Shown here: one piece after another, positions 18,289 to 28,280 of the stretch
Layout: each line of letters opens with the position of its first letter
Numbering within the stretch: the first letter of the stretch is position 1
NCBI GenBank assembly: GCA_034421135.1
Contig: DAOUKQ010000005.1
Coordinates: 5,408-69,407, forward strand
Source of the DNA: Dehalococcoidia bacterium
GTDB taxonomy: Bacteria; Chloroflexota; Dehalococcoidia; Bin125
Length of the DNA stretch: 64,000 nt
Direction: 5' to 3'
Notes under the pieces: model-generated
Seen by the model: only the letters and a program-made list of their open reading frames with translations
Database searches by the model: none
What the model was told of the DNA's origin: nothing
Translations under genes and position numbers: made by a program

Positions 18289-18448
18289 TGAAGATGTCTT
18301 CACCGTTGCGCCAGTGACGCCAGAGCCGCCAGAGCGGTGGAAAGCCGAACCGGTAGACGACGTCCACACTCAGTTGGCGCGGCGAAGGGTTCGCATCCGC
18401 GTCTCGACTGTCGCTAGGCGCATTCACAGTCTCGATGGTCTCAGGCAT
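18272..18448 (-). CDS. Candidate 58-aa small protein
   Basis: Manual translation MPETIETVNAPSDSRDADANPSPRQLSVDVVYRFGFPPLWRLWRHWRNGEDIFIKERE. GAGGTG about 4 nt upstream of the ATG. Fills an otherwise empty gap and is below the track cutoff. Confidence 0.35.
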   Translation of the reverse strand: MPETIETVNAPSDSRDADANPSPRQLSVDVVYRFGFPPLWRLWRHWRNGEDIFIKERE

Positions 18449-18500
18449 CACACACCTCTGAGTCCAACCTCTGTCTCAAGCCTAGCCAATTCGCGAATCG

Positions 18501-18980
18501 TCAGTACACGCCGCCGAGCTTGTTGTGGTCCCAGCTGTAGATGCGGGTCGGGTTGATTCTGACCACCGCTCGCTTCGAGGCTTGACGCACGCGCTGTTCG
18601 TCGTCCATTGGCGTCGTCGAGGGGCCCTGGGCATTCGGATTGCGCTTCTCGCCGGTGGCGTCCTGGACCGCCATCACGAGCTGCGGGTCGTTCTCGATCA
18701 CGTCGGCTTCGCCCTCGATCACGAGACCCTTGATCTTCGAGTACTCGACACCGGACTCGAGCATCACCGTGATCCGCGGGTCTCGCTTGAGGTTCAGCAC
18801 CTTCTGCGCCTTGGCGTAGGTGGTGAAGTGAATCTTGTCGTCGATCACGCCGTACCACATGGCGACGAGGTGCGGGAATCCGTTGTTGCCGTTCGAGGCG
18901 ACCTGCAAGGTCCAGCCGGTCTCGATGAACTCCTTCGCTTCCTCGTCGGTCATGGCGATCATGTTGCGTCGGCTGGGCAT
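18501..18980 (-). CDS. PPOX class (split beta-barrel) F420-dependent protein
   Basis: GFPHLVAMWYG, KAQKVLNLKRDPRITVMLE and SWDHNKL. Confidence 0.85.
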   Translation of the reverse strand: MPSRRNMIAMTDEEAKEFIETGWTLQVASNGNNGFPHLVAMWYGVIDDKIHFTTYAKAQKVLNLKRDPRITVMLESGVEYSKIKGLVIEGEADVIENDPQLVMAVQDATGEKRNPNAQGPSTTPMDDEQRVRQASKRAVVRINPTRIYSWDHNKLGGVY

Positions 18981-19013
18981 AGGTACTCCAGTTCTGGCGG
19001 TATTGCGGGCAGT

Positions 19014-20402
19014 CTAGGGGCGGGTCATTTCCTCGGGGCGGACCCATTCGCCGAACTGCTCTTCGGTGAGCAGGCCGAGTTCGAGGCCGGCGGAGAGCAA
19101 GGTGCCATTGTCGGCGTGAGCCTTCTTCGCGATTGCGGCAGCGTTGTCGTAGCCGATGTGTGGATTGAGCGCCGTGACCAGCATCAGGGAAGAGCGCATC
19201 AGTTCGTCGATCCGGCCGTAGTTCGGCTCGATCCCCACGACGCAGTTGTCGGTAAAGGACACGGCGGCGTCGCCGAGCAGCTTGATGCTCTGCAGGTTGT
19301 TGAAGGCCATCACCGGCTTGAACACATTGAGTTCGAAGTGCCCGTTGGAGCCGCCGACCGAGACGGCGACGGCGTTGCCCATGACCTGTGCGCAGACCAT
19401 GGTCAGCGCCTCGGACTGGGTCGGGTTGACCTTGCCCGGCATGATCGACGAGCCGGGTTCGTTGGCGGGCAGGACCAGCTCTCCCAGACCGGCGCGCGGA
19501 CCGGAGCCGAGCATCCGCACGTCGTTCGCAATCTTCATCAGCGAGACGGCGATGGTGTTGAGCACGCCGGCCAGCTCGACCTGTGCATCATGGGCGGCCA
19601 GCGCCTCAAACTTGTTTGGCGCGGTGACGAAGGGCAGGCCGGTGAACTCCGAGATCTCCTCGGCAACCTTGACCGCATAGTCGGGATGGGAGTTGATCCC
19701 GGTGCCGACGGCGGTGCCGCCGAGCGCCAGTTCGTAGAGGCGAGGCAGCGTCTGCTCGGCCCGCTGAATGCCGTAGGCGACCTGCTGGACGTAACCGCTG
19801 AACTCTTGGCCCAGCGTGAGCGGGACGGCGTCCATGAAGTGGGTGCGGCCGATCTTGACGATGTTGGTCCACTCCTCGGCCTTGGCCTGGAGCGCGTCGT
19901 GCAGATAGCGCAGGCTGGGGATCAGATGATGGACGGTTTGCTCGGCTGTGGCGATGGCCATCGCGCCGGGGAAGACGTCGTTGGACGACTGCGACATGTT
20001 GACGTGGTCGTTGGGGTGAACCGGCGACTTGGAGCCGATCTCGCCGCCGAGCAGTTCGATCGCGCGGTTCGAGATGACCTCGTTGGCGTTCATGTTCGAC
20101 TGCGTGCCGGAGCCGGTCTGCCAGACGACGAGCGGGAAGTGGTCGTCGAGCTCGCCGTCGATCACCTGCTGGCCAGCCGAGCGGATGGCGTCGGCCAGCC
20201 CGGCGTCGAGGCGGCCCAGCTTCTGGTTGGCGCTGGCCGAGGCGTGCTTGACGATGCCCATCGCGCGCAGGATTGATCGCGGCATCCGCTCGCCGCCAAT
20301 CTTGAAGTTCTCCAGCGAGCGCTGCGTCTGCGCGCCCCAGTAGCGGTCGGCGGGAACCTCAATCGTCCCCATCGTGTCGGATTCGACTCTGATCTCGGTC
20401 AT
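19014..20402 (-). CDS. fumC: Fumarate hydratase class II
   Basis: [37 protein letters not shown] and [11 protein letters not shown] signature. Confidence 0.97.
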   Translation of the reverse strand: MTEIRVESDTMGTIEVPADRYWGAQTQRSLENFKIGGERMPRSILRAMGIVKHASASANQKLGRLDAGLADAIRSAGQQVIDGELDDHFPLVVWQTGSGTQSNMNANEVISNRAIELLGGEIGSKSPVHPNDHVNMSQSSNDVFPGAMAIATAEQTVHHLIPSLRYLHDALQAKAEEWTNIVKIGRTHFMDAVPLTLGQEFSGYVQQVAYGIQRAEQTLPRLYELALGGTAVGTGINSHPDYAVKVAEEISEFTGLPFVTAPNKFEALAAHDAQVELAGVLNTIAVSLMKIANDVRMLGSGPRAGLGELVLPANEPGSSIMPGKVNPTQSEALTMVCAQVMGNAVAVSVGGSNGHFELNVFKPVMAFNNLQSIKLLGDAAVSFTDNCVVGIEPNYGRIDELMRSSLMLVTALNPHIGYDNAAAIAKKAHADNGTLLSAGLELGLLTEEQFGEWVRPEEMTRP

Positions 20403-20411
20403 GGCGGTTTG

Positions 20412-20446
20412 CCTTCACCCTGGCCCCCTCCCAGCGGGAGAGGGGA
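20412..20446. repeat. REP/BoxC-like palindrome (diverged copy)
   Basis: ccttcaccctggccccctcccagcgggagagggga, between mdh and fumC. Confidence 0.75.
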
Positions 20447-20452
20447 TTCGTT

Positions 20453-21391
20453 CTACTGGCTGCTCAGTCGAGCCATGTCGTCGACGAGGCCCTGGACGGC
20501 GTCGGCGGAGTGCTTGAGCTGGGCCTGCTCCTCGTCGGTGAGGTTGATCTCCAGGATCTGCTCGATTCCGTTGCTGCCGAGCACGACCGGTACGCCGATG
20601 AACAGGCCGTCAACACCGTACTGGCCCTCGAGCAGCGCGGCGCAGGGGAGAATGCGGCGCTTGTCGAGCGCAATCGCGTCGACCATCTGCGCCACCGCGG
20701 CGGAGGGCGCATAGAAGGCGGAGCCGGTCTTGAGCAGGTTGACAATCTCCGCGCCACCGTCGCGGGTGCGCTGAATGATCGTGTCGAGCTGGTCCTGGGG
20801 CAGCAGCTTGGTGATCGGGATGCCGGCGGCCGTCGTGTAGGAGGCGAGCGGAACCATCGTGTCGCCGTGACCGCCGAGTACGAAGGCGTTGATGTCCTCA
20901 ACCGAGATGTTGATCGCCTCGGCCAGGAATGAGCGGTAGCGTGCGGTGTCGAGAATGCCGGCCATGCCCACGACGCGGGAACTCGGGATGCCGGCCGCGT
21001 CGTAAGCGACGTGGCACATGGCGTCGAGCGGGTTGGAAACGACGACAATGGTCGCGTCGGGCGATTCGGCGATGGCGGCTCGGGTGACGGAGTCGACGAT
21101 ACCCATGTTGATCTGCAGGAGGTCGTCGCGGGACATTCCGGGCTTGCGTGCGACGCCGGAGGTGATCACGACGATGTCGGAGCCGGCGGTCGGGCCGTAG
21201 TCGGTCGCGCCGGTGATGCAGGAGTCGACACCGATGACCGGCGAGGCCTCGTACATGTCGAGCGCCTTGCCTTGCGGCAGACCGTCGACGATATCGACGA
21301 GGACGACATCGGCGTAACCGCGCTCGGCGAGTCGCTGAGCGGTGGTCGCGCCGACGTTGCCGGCTCCAATGACGGTCACCTTCGTTCGCAT
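20453..21391 (-). CDS. mdh: Malate dehydrogenase (LDH-like)
   Basis: [38 protein letters not shown] and GGHGD. Start at MRTK. Confidence 0.96.
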   Translation of the reverse strand: MRTKVTVIGAGNVGATTAQRLAERGYADVVLVDIVDGLPQGKALDMYEASPVIGVDSCITGATDYGPTAGSDIVVITSGVARKPGMSRDDLLQINMGIVDSVTRAAIAESPDATIVVVSNPLDAMCHVAYDAAGIPSSRVVGMAGILDTARYRSFLAEAINISVEDINAFVLGGHGDTMVPLASYTTAAGIPITKLLPQDQLDTIIQRTRDGGAEIVNLLKTGSAFYAPSAAVAQMVDAIALDKRRILPCAALLEGQYGVDGLFIGVPVVLGSNGIEQILEINLTDEEQAQLKHSADAVQGLVDDMARLSSQ

Positions 21392-21500
21392 AAGTCTGGA
21401 CCTTTCTGGGCACGGGCAGCCATACCCGTGGGGGAAGTGACGGGGCTTGTCCAATTGTTATCCGATGGAGCGGTTTGGGTCTGCCATGTGAGTGGCGGAG

Positions 21501-21540
21501 GGCCCTCACCCTAACCCTCTCCCGCAGGGAGAGGGGACCG
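21501..21540. repeat. REP/BoxC-like palindrome
   Basis: ggccctcaccctaaccctctcccgcagggagaggggaccg, 3 nt downstream of the aconitase stop. Confidence 0.88.
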
Positions 21541-21543
21541 TAA

Positions 21544-23859
21544 CTACTGCGCAGCGGCGATCTTGTTGAGGGCGCTGCCGGCCTGGAACCAGGTGATCTG
21601 TTCCTCGGTGAAGGTGTGATTGACGGCGACCTCGTCGCTTGAGCCGTCCTCATGGTCGATGCGCAGCGTGAGCGGTTGGCCGGGGGCGAAGTCGGCCAGA
21701 CCGAGGACGCTGATCCGGTCACGCTCGCCGACCAGGTCGTAGTGGTCCGGATCGCTGAAGGTCAGCGCGAGGATGCCCTGCTTCTTGAGGTTGGTCTCGG
21801 CGATGCGAGCGAAGGAACGCGCGATCACGACGTAGCCGCCGCTCCAGCGGATCTCCATCGAGGCGTGTTCGCGGCTGGAGCCTTCGCCGTAGTTCTCGTC
21901 GCCAACCGCGACCCAGCGAATGCCCGCGTCTTTGTAGGCCCGCGCGACCTCGTTGATCGGCTGGTCGGCCTGACCGGAGATCTGGTTGAGCGTCGTGCCG
22001 GTTCCGCTGGTGAAGGCGTTGACGCCGCCGCTGAACAGGTTGCCGGAGATGTTCTCCAGGTGTCCGCGGAATCGCAGCCACGAGCCTGCGGGCGAGATGT
22101 GGTCGGTCGTGGTCTTGCCCTGCGTCTTGATTAGAACCGAGAGGAAGCTGTAGTCGTCGCCGTCCCAGGCCGGGAACGGGGTCAGACGCTGGAGCCGGTT
22201 GCTCTCAGGGCTGACGATGACGTCGACGCCACTGCCGTCGTCGGGCGGAGCGATGTAGCCCTCGTCGCCGGCGTCGAACCCGCCGGCCGGCAGTTCGTCG
22301 CCGGTCGGAGCGCTGAAGCGGAACTCGCCGCCGTCGGTGGCAATAGCGTCGGAGCGCGGGTCGAAGCCCATCTCACCGGCGAAGGCGGTCGCGACGACGA
22401 GTTCGGGCGAGCCGATGAAGGCAAGCGTGTTGCGGTTGGCGTCGTTGCGACCGGGGAAGTTGCGGTTGAACGAGGTGACGATCGTGTTCTGCTCGTCGCC
22501 TTCGAGATCTTCACGCTTCCACTGACCGATGCAGGGTCCGCAGGCGTTGGCGAGCACGGTCGCGCCGGCCGACTCAAAGGCGTCAATCTGGCCGTCGCGC
22601 TGGATTGTGGCGCGGATCTGCTCGGAGCCGGGCGTGACCAGCAAGGGCGCGCGCAGTTCGAGACCGGCTTCCGCCGCCTGGCGGGCGATGTGCGCGGCGC
22701 GGCTCATGTCCTCGTAAGACGAGTTGGTGCAGGAGCCGATCAGCGCGTTGGTCACGTTGAGCGGGTACTCCTCGGACTCCATGAATCCACGTACCTCGGC
22801 GACGGTGTTGCGCAGGTCGGGCGTGTGCGGTCCGACCCAGGCGGGCTCCAACTCGCTCAGGTTGATTTCGATCACCCTGTCGAAGATGTCGTGCCGTGCG
22901 TCGGCGACTCCATCGTCGGCTCGCAGGTGCTCGGCGTTGGCCTCGGCCAGCTCCGCGATGTCAGTGCGGCCGGTGCTGCGCAGGTAGTCGGCGGTGCGTC
23001 CGTCGAAGGGGAAGAGCGAGGTCGTCGCGCCGATTTCTGCGCCCATGTTGGTCACGGTGCCGCGACCGGTGGCGCTCATCGAGGCGAGGCCGGGTCCGAA
23101 GTACTCGACGATCGCGCCGGTGCCGCCCTTGACGGTCAGTTCGTCGGCGACGCGCAGAATCACGTCCTTGGGCGAGGTCCAGCCGTCGAGTTCGCCCGTC
23201 AGATAAACGCCGATCAGCTTCGGCATCGTCACGCCCCAGCCGAGACCGGCCATCACGTCGACCGCGTCGGCGCCGCCGACGCCAATCGCAATCATGCCCA
23301 TGCCGCCGGCGTTGGGTGTGTGCGAGTCGGTACCGATCATCATGCCGCCGGGAAAGGCGTAGTTCTCGAACACGACCTGGTGAATGATGCCGGAGCCGGG
23401 CTTCCAGAATCCGGCGCCGTAGCGAGCGGCGGCGGTGCGCAGGAATTCGTACACCTCTTCGTTCTCGGTCACGGCGACCTGGAGATCGGTGTCCGCGCCC
23501 ACTCGCGCCTGGATCAGGTGGTCGCAGTGGACGGTGGTCGGCACAACGACCCGGTGGAGTCCCGCGAGTTCGAACTGCAGCAGCGCCATCTGCGCCGTCG
23601 CGTCCTGCAGGGCGACGCGGTCGGGCTGGAGCGAAGCGTGGTCTGTGCCCCGTCCGAGCGGCTGGTTGGCCGGATCGACGAAGTGTCCGAAGAGGATCTT
23701 TTCGGCCAGCGTGAGCGGCCGATCGATGCGTTGCCGGGCGACCTCAATGCCGTCGCGCAGTTTCGCGTACGCGGCGTCGATGCGCTGCAGGGCGTCGGTT
23801 TCGTATGCCATGGTCGGATCCAGTTCGGTGCTGACCTGCTCAGGGTCAGTCGGCGTCAT
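21544..23859 (-). CDS. acnA: Aconitate hydratase (mitochondrial-like clade)
   Basis: HCDHLIQA, GTDSHTPNAGG, IGSCTNSSYED, ANACGPCIGQW, TTDHISPAG and NYGEGSSREHA. Confidence 0.93.
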   Translation of the reverse strand: MTPTDPEQVSTELDPTMAYETDALQRIDAAYAKLRDGIEVARQRIDRPLTLAEKILFGHFVDPANQPLGRGTDHASLQPDRVALQDATAQMALLQFELAGLHRVVVPTTVHCDHLIQARVGADTDLQVAVTENEEVYEFLRTAAARYGAGFWKPGSGIIHQVVFENYAFPGGMMIGTDSHTPNAGGMGMIAIGVGGADAVDVMAGLGWGVTMPKLIGVYLTGELDGWTSPKDVILRVADELTVKGGTGAIVEYFGPGLASMSATGRGTVTNMGAEIGATTSLFPFDGRTADYLRSTGRTDIAELAEANAEHLRADDGVADARHDIFDRVIEINLSELEPAWVGPHTPDLRNTVAEVRGFMESEEYPLNVTNALIGSCTNSSYEDMSRAAHIARQAAEAGLELRAPLLVTPGSEQIRATIQRDGQIDAFESAGATVLANACGPCIGQWKREDLEGDEQNTIVTSFNRNFPGRNDANRNTLAFIGSPELVVATAFAGEMGFDPRSDAIATDGGEFRFSAPTGDELPAGGFDAGDEGYIAPPDDGSGVDVIVSPESNRLQRLTPFPAWDGDDYSFLSVLIKTQGKTTTDHISPAGSWLRFRGHLENISGNLFSGGVNAFTSGTGTTLNQISGQADQPINEVARAYKDAGIRWVAVGDENYGEGSSREHASMEIRWSGGYVVIARSFARIAETNLKKQGILALTFSDPDHYDLVGERDRISVLGLADFAPGQPLTLRIDHEDGSSDEVAVNHTFTEEQITWFQAGSALNKIAAAQ

Positions 23860-23867
23860 CGCGGAGG

Positions 23868-25454
23868 CTAGAGAGGTATGTTGCCATGTTTCTTGGGCGG
23901 CGACGTGTCGACCTTGTCGGCGAGCATGTCGAGCGCCTTGAAGATCGCTGTTCGCGTCTCCCGTGGATGAATCACATCGTCGACGAATCCCAGTTCGGCC
24001 GCCTGGTAGGGGCGATAGAACTCGGCCTCGTACTCGGCGATCAGCTTGGCCCGCTCGGCGACCGGGTCCTCGGCCGCGGCGATCCGGCGGCGGTGAATGA
24101 TGTTCACCGCGCCGTCGGATCCAGTCACGGCGATCTGCGCCGTCGGCCAGGCCAGGTTGACATCGGAGCGCAGATGCTTGCTGCTCATCACGACGTACGC
24201 GCCGCCGATCGACTTGCGCAGCGTCACCGCGACCTTGGGCACGGTCGCCTCGGCGTATGCGTAGAGCAGCTTGGCGCCGTGCGCGATGATCCCGCCGTAC
24301 TCCTGCTGGGTACCGGGCAGGAATCCGGGCACGTCGACGAGGGTGACGATCGGGATATTGAAGCAGTCGCAGAAGCGGACGAATCGCGCCGCCTTGCGCG
24401 AAGCGTCAATGTCGAGCACGCCGGCCAGCGAGTCGGGATCGTTGGCGACGATACCGACGCCGTAGCCGCCCATGTGGGCGAAGCCCACGGCGACGTTGCG
24501 CGCCCATTGCGCCTGAATCTCCATGAACTGCCCGTTGTCGACGATCTCGCGGATCACGCGGCGGATGTCGTAGGGACGGGTGGAGTCGGCCGGCACAATG
24601 TCGACCAGGCTGTCGAGCTTGCGGTCGGGCGAGTCGCCGGTGTCGGTCCAGCGCGGGTCTTCCATGTTGTTCTGCGGCAGGAAGGTGAGGAGCTGCCGGA
24701 CGCTGTTGAGCGTCGCTTCCTCGCCGGGGATGCAGAAGTGGGCGACGCCTGTCTTGGTCGCATGGGTCATCGCGCCGCCGAGTTCCTCGTGCGTGACTTC
24801 CTCGCCCGAGACGGCGCGGATCACGTCGGGGCCGGTGATGTACATCTGACCCGTGCCCTGGACCATGAAGATGAAGTCCATGATCGCGGGCGAGTAGACC
24901 CCGCCGCCGGCGGCCGGTCCGGCGCAGACGGCGATCTGCGGGACGACGCCCGACGAGAGCGTGTTGCGCAGGAAAATCTCGCCGTAGCCGCGCAGCGAGG
25001 TGACGCCTTCCTGGATACGCGCGCCGCCGCCGTCGTTGATCGCAACGATCGGCGCGCCGACCTTCATCGAGAGGTCCTGAATCTTGGCGATCTTCTCGGC
25101 GGCCGCCTCCGAGACGGAGCCGCCGTAGAGGGTGAAGTCCTGGGCATAGGCGAAGACGGTGCGTCCGTCGACCCTGCCGTGACCGACGACAACGGCATCG
25201 CCCTCGGGCCGGTTGTTCTCCAGCCCGAAGCCGGCGCCTCGATGCTTGACGAACGGATCGATCTCGGTGAACGAGCCGGCGTCAAAGAGGACGTCGAGGC
25301 GTTGTCTGGCGCTCAGTTTGCCTCTGCTGTGCTGTCGTTCCAATGCCGCGGCGCGGGTCGCCTCAGCGTTGCCGTTGAGCCTTCGCTGAGCGACTTCCTC
25401 AAGCAGAAAATCGATGCCGCGCTGCGAAGGTTGCTGAGCAGGTTCAGTGACCAT
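23868..25454 (-). CDS. Acyl-CoA carboxylase carboxyltransferase (beta) subunit, PccB-like
   Basis: QHSRGKLSARQR, QDFTLYGGS, GGARIQEG, GPAAGGGVYSPA, DVPGFLPG and PPKKHGNIPL. Confidence 0.93.
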   Translation of the reverse strand: MVTEPAQQPSQRGIDFLLEEVAQRRLNGNAEATRAAALERQHSRGKLSARQRLDVLFDAGSFTEIDPFVKHRGAGFGLENNRPEGDAVVVGHGRVDGRTVFAYAQDFTLYGGSVSEAAAEKIAKIQDLSMKVGAPIVAINDGGGARIQEGVTSLRGYGEIFLRNTLSSGVVPQIAVCAGPAAGGGVYSPAIMDFIFMVQGTGQMYITGPDVIRAVSGEEVTHEELGGAMTHATKTGVAHFCIPGEEATLNSVRQLLTFLPQNNMEDPRWTDTGDSPDRKLDSLVDIVPADSTRPYDIRRVIREIVDNGQFMEIQAQWARNVAVGFAHMGGYGVGIVANDPDSLAGVLDIDASRKAARFVRFCDCFNIPIVTLVDVPGFLPGTQQEYGGIIAHGAKLLYAYAEATVPKVAVTLRKSIGGAYVVMSSKHLRSDVNLAWPTAQIAVTGSDGAVNIIHRRRIAAAEDPVAERAKLIAEYEAEFYRPYQAAELGFVDDVIHPRETRTAIFKALDMLADKVDTSPPKKHGNIPL

Positions 25455-25542
25455 AAGACACCCGTGTTGCCCCTTCGGCGGGACCCACCCGGTCGCCGCT
25501 TCGCAGATGGTGAGGCTACTACAGGGCTATCGGGCGAACAAT

Positions 25543-25604
25543 CAACCGGGAACAGCCGACCGCTAACCAACCGGGAACAGCCGACCGCTAACCAACCGGG
25601 AACA
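25543..25604. repeat. 25-bp tandem repeat, about 2.5 copies
   Basis: caaccgggaacagccgaccgctaac at 25543-25567 and 25568-25592, plus a 12-bp partial copy at 25593-25604. Intergenic. Confidence 0.9.
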
Positions 25605-25616
25605 CCGAGCACCCGA

Positions 25617-26321
25617 CTAGCCGGGCGGCTCGGACGGTCCCGACTGCTGCTCAGCCCCCTCGGCCTCACCGGCCTCACCGGCCGCATCGGTCTGCTCCGG
25701 TTGAGGCGGGATGATCAGCGCCTGTCCGATCTGCAGGTTGCCGGCCTGCGCCTCGGTGAGATTGTTGTAGTTCATCAGATCAACCCAGGTCAGCCCGAAG
25801 GTGAAGGCAATATCGGCGAGCGTGTCGCCCGCCTGGACCACGTAGATCTCGCCCGGAGGCCGCGCCGGTCCTTCGTCAACCGGCTCTTCCGCCGCCGTGC
25901 TCTGGGGGGCGGCCGCTCCGCAGCCGCCCTCGCGGATCGGAATCCGGAGTTCGTCGCCGATATCGAGCGTATTGACGTCGACAATGGTGTTGAGTCGCTG
26001 AATCTCCGCGACGGTGATGCAGAAGCGCGCGGCGATCGCGGCCAGGCTGTCGCCCGGCTGGACGACGTAGGTCGTCTCGGTGACCGGCGCCTGTTCCACC
26101 GTGACTTCGTCCTGGAAGAGGTACGGCGGAGGCAGCGGATCGGGCAGCGCTTCGACCGGGATGTCTTCGCTGGTCCCTCCCGCCTGTGGAGCGTTCGACG
26201 TCGACGTGGACGTGGTCGCAGGAGCGGCATCGCCGCCGCAAGCGACTGTGACCAGGGTGGTCAGGGCAACCAGAACGACCAGGAGCGGGAGGAATGCGTC
26301 GAGGCGCTGCGCAGGTTTCAC
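25617..26321 (-). CDS. Lipoprotein with two LysM domains
   Basis: Hydrophobic leader with lipobox VAC|GG, then YVVQPGDSLAAIA and YVVQAGDTLADIA. Confidence 0.88.
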   Translation of the reverse strand: MKPAQRLDAFLPLLVVLVALTTLVTVACGGDAAPATTSTSTSNAPQAGGTSEDIPVEALPDPLPPPYLFQDEVTVEQAPVTETTYVVQPGDSLAAIAARFCITVAEIQRLNTIVDVNTLDIGDELRIPIREGGCGAAAPQSTAAEEPVDEGPARPPGEIYVVQAGDTLADIAFTFGLTWVDLMNYNNLTEAQAGNLQIGQALIIPPQPEQTDAAGEAGEAEGAEQQSGPSEPPG

Positions 26322-26344
26322 CGTTCTAGTGTCGCACGTGGCCG

Positions 26345-27820
26345 CTAGTTCTGGTCGCTGCAGTAGAGGACGGGACGGATAGCGGCTCCGGAACGCTCCA
26401 GCATGCATTGCAGTACATGCTCGGCGAGTCGGGCCACTTCCCCAAAGACCTCGGCGTCGAAGTTGCTCGAGTCATCGGCGATCGTGTTCATCACACCAGA
26501 GGCAGGCAGTGGGAAGAACGTCTCGACCCCCGCTTGAGCAAATGGGTAGGCGTCGGCCCACCCACCTTGCTCTATAGAGGCGACTTGTACCCCGAGCATT
26601 TCAGCCAGGCGAACGGTGAGGAGGCGAAGGTCAGCTCCGTTGACCGAGAGGGAGAGATGCAAGGAACCGGAGCCGATGGCATCGAGGTTGAGCAAGTAGC
26701 GCACATCGGCGAGCTGTCCTGTCTCTTCCAGTCGGCGAACATACTCTCTCGATCCGTAGATGCCGACCTCTTCAGCGCCGAAACCCACGAAACACAGGTG
26801 TTCGGAGGCAGGGTGTTCGGAATAAGTCCTGGCAAACTCCATCATCAAGGCTGTTCCCGAACTGTTGTCGTTGTAGCCGGCAGTTCGGTAGACGGTGTCG
26901 TAATGGGCTCCCACGATGACGCTGCAGATCGCGTCCGGTCGAAGCGCGATGATGTTCTGCGATCGACTCACGTTTTCCGAGGATGGGGAGATACTCACGG
27001 CCTGCGGAGAACGAGACTTCAGGTTGCGTCCCTGTATGCGAGGGACGCCAAACACGGGTATGGGGCTGCGATACTGGGCCAAGTCTCCGAGCAGCCAGGT
27101 GTTGTCGTTGTTGATGATGATGAGCGCTGCTGCTCCGGCTTGCGCCGCGTGTTGCGCCTTCTCCGCGAACGTGATCAGGCCGCGCTCGACGAGCACGATC
27201 GCGCCTGCGGCGTCTACTCCTTCATAGTCGGCTGGGTTGCCTTCACCTTCGATCGGCTGTAATCGCCCTTCAACCTCGCCGGGATCCGAACCCCGGAACC
27301 GGGAAGCGGCGATGTCTTCCGTGTCGCTCAGGAATATCTGGACGATGGGCTGCTCAACGCTGTACTCAAACGGTTCAATCCAGACATCGTAACCATACGA
27401 ATCGAGAACGCTCGCGATGTGTTCGGCGGCCGCGACTTCTTCGGCTGTGCCGGACGGTCGCGGCCCCAACGTTTCGGCAAGCTTGATGACCGCGGCTGCC
27501 GCGCGGCTGTGATCGAGCGCGGGAGGCGCCGCCAGAGACTGATCAGCGTCTGTATCGGCCTCGGCCGCCGATTGGTCTGGCTCCTCTGTTGACTTGAGCA
27601 AGGACTGCTGTCGATGATCGGATTCGGGTCGCTCAGTTCCTTGCGACTGTCCAACGTCAGCCTGGGCCTCGCTCGTTGACGACTGTTCTTCTCGCGCAGC
27701 TCGCGGCTGTTCCGGCTGCGATGTCGTTTCTACGGCCGCGGGCGACGGGTCCCCACGGTCGCTACATGCGCCGGCCAATGCCGACGCCAGGAACACAGTG
27801 AGCATTAGTCGGATCAGCAC
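26345..27820 (-). CDS. M28 family peptidase-like lipoprotein with PA domain
   Basis: Lipobox LAGAC, acidic linker, PA domain (GAIVLVERG..FAEKA), GAHYD, GYNDNSSG, GAEEVG and NLDAIG. Start is 27820 or 27805. Confidence 0.85.
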   Translation of the reverse strand: MLIRLMLTVFLASALAGACSDRGDPSPAAVETTSQPEQPRAAREEQSSTSEAQADVGQSQGTERPESDHRQQSLLKSTEEPDQSAAEADTDADQSLAAPPALDHSRAAAAVIKLAETLGPRPSGTAEEVAAAEHIASVLDSYGYDVWIEPFEYSVEQPIVQIFLSDTEDIAASRFRGSDPGEVEGRLQPIEGEGNPADYEGVDAAGAIVLVERGLITFAEKAQHAAQAGAAALIIINNDNTWLLGDLAQYRSPIPVFGVPRIQGRNLKSRSPQAVSISPSSENVSRSQNIIALRPDAICSVIVGAHYDTVYRTAGYNDNSSGTALMMEFARTYSEHPASEHLCFVGFGAEEVGIYGSREYVRRLEETGQLADVRYLLNLDAIGSGSLHLSLSVNGADLRLLTVRLAEMLGVQVASIEQGGWADAYPFAQAGVETFFPLPASGVMNTIADDSSNFDAEVFGEVARLAEHVLQCMLERSGAAIRPVLYCSDQN

Positions 27821-27836
27821 AACGGGCCGAACAGGT

Positions 27837-28238
27837 CTAGCGGTCGCGGCGGAAGAAGCGGCGCAGCGGATTGTGCGATTGCTGCTCGTAGCTGATGTAG
27901 CGATCGCGCCAGTAGCCGCCCTTGGGTTGCCCGGCCTTTGCGTTGCCTCCGCGGGAGGTCCAGAACAGGCCAATCACAAACACCACGATCCCCGCAACGG
28001 CGAGCCACATGCCGCCCCCGCGGAAGATCAAGCCGACGATCAACAGCAGCGCTCCGAGGATCAGCAGATGGTTGGCGGTCAGCGATGTCGCGCGATTGAC
28101 GATTGCCGAAGCGAACCGTTGCACCGCAAGGCGGATCGGTCCCGGACGCCGCGATTGCCTGCGCCGCCAGTCGAAATCCTCGATGTTGGAGAGCACTTCC
28201 TCGACATCGCGTTCGAGTCGGTCTGAACCGTCCGACAT
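27837..28238 (-). CDS. Hypothetical two-helix membrane protein
   Basis: Charged N-terminus DRLERDVEEVL, a hydrophobic hairpin, and C-terminal YWRDRYISY. Confidence 0.7.
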   Translation of the reverse strand: MSDGSDRLERDVEEVLSNIEDFDWRRRQSRRPGPIRLAVQRFASAIVNRATSLTANHLLILGALLLIVGLIFRGGGMWLAVAGIVVFVIGLFWTSRGGNAKAGQPKGGYWRDRYISYEQQSHNPLRRFFRRDR

Positions 28239-28280
28239 GGTGGCCTCGCAGTCACTCCGCCGCTGCCCGTTGGGGTCAGT

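Noticed and set aside
21453-21464. AATTGTTATCCG, identical to half of the E. coli lac operator, upstream of mdh
   Set aside because: Only 12 bp, with no second half-site and no vector context. Chance or a generic AT-rich promoter element is more likely.
25543-25604. 25-bp repeat as a CRISPR array
   Set aside because: The units abut with no spacers, and no cas genes are in the window.
23886-26348. 820-aa plus-strand ORF, and similar long antisense ORFs such as 18525-20276, 28479-29798, 48524-49876 and 52043-53392
   Set aside because: These are shadow frames opposite well-supported genes, expected at high GC, and carry no motifs.
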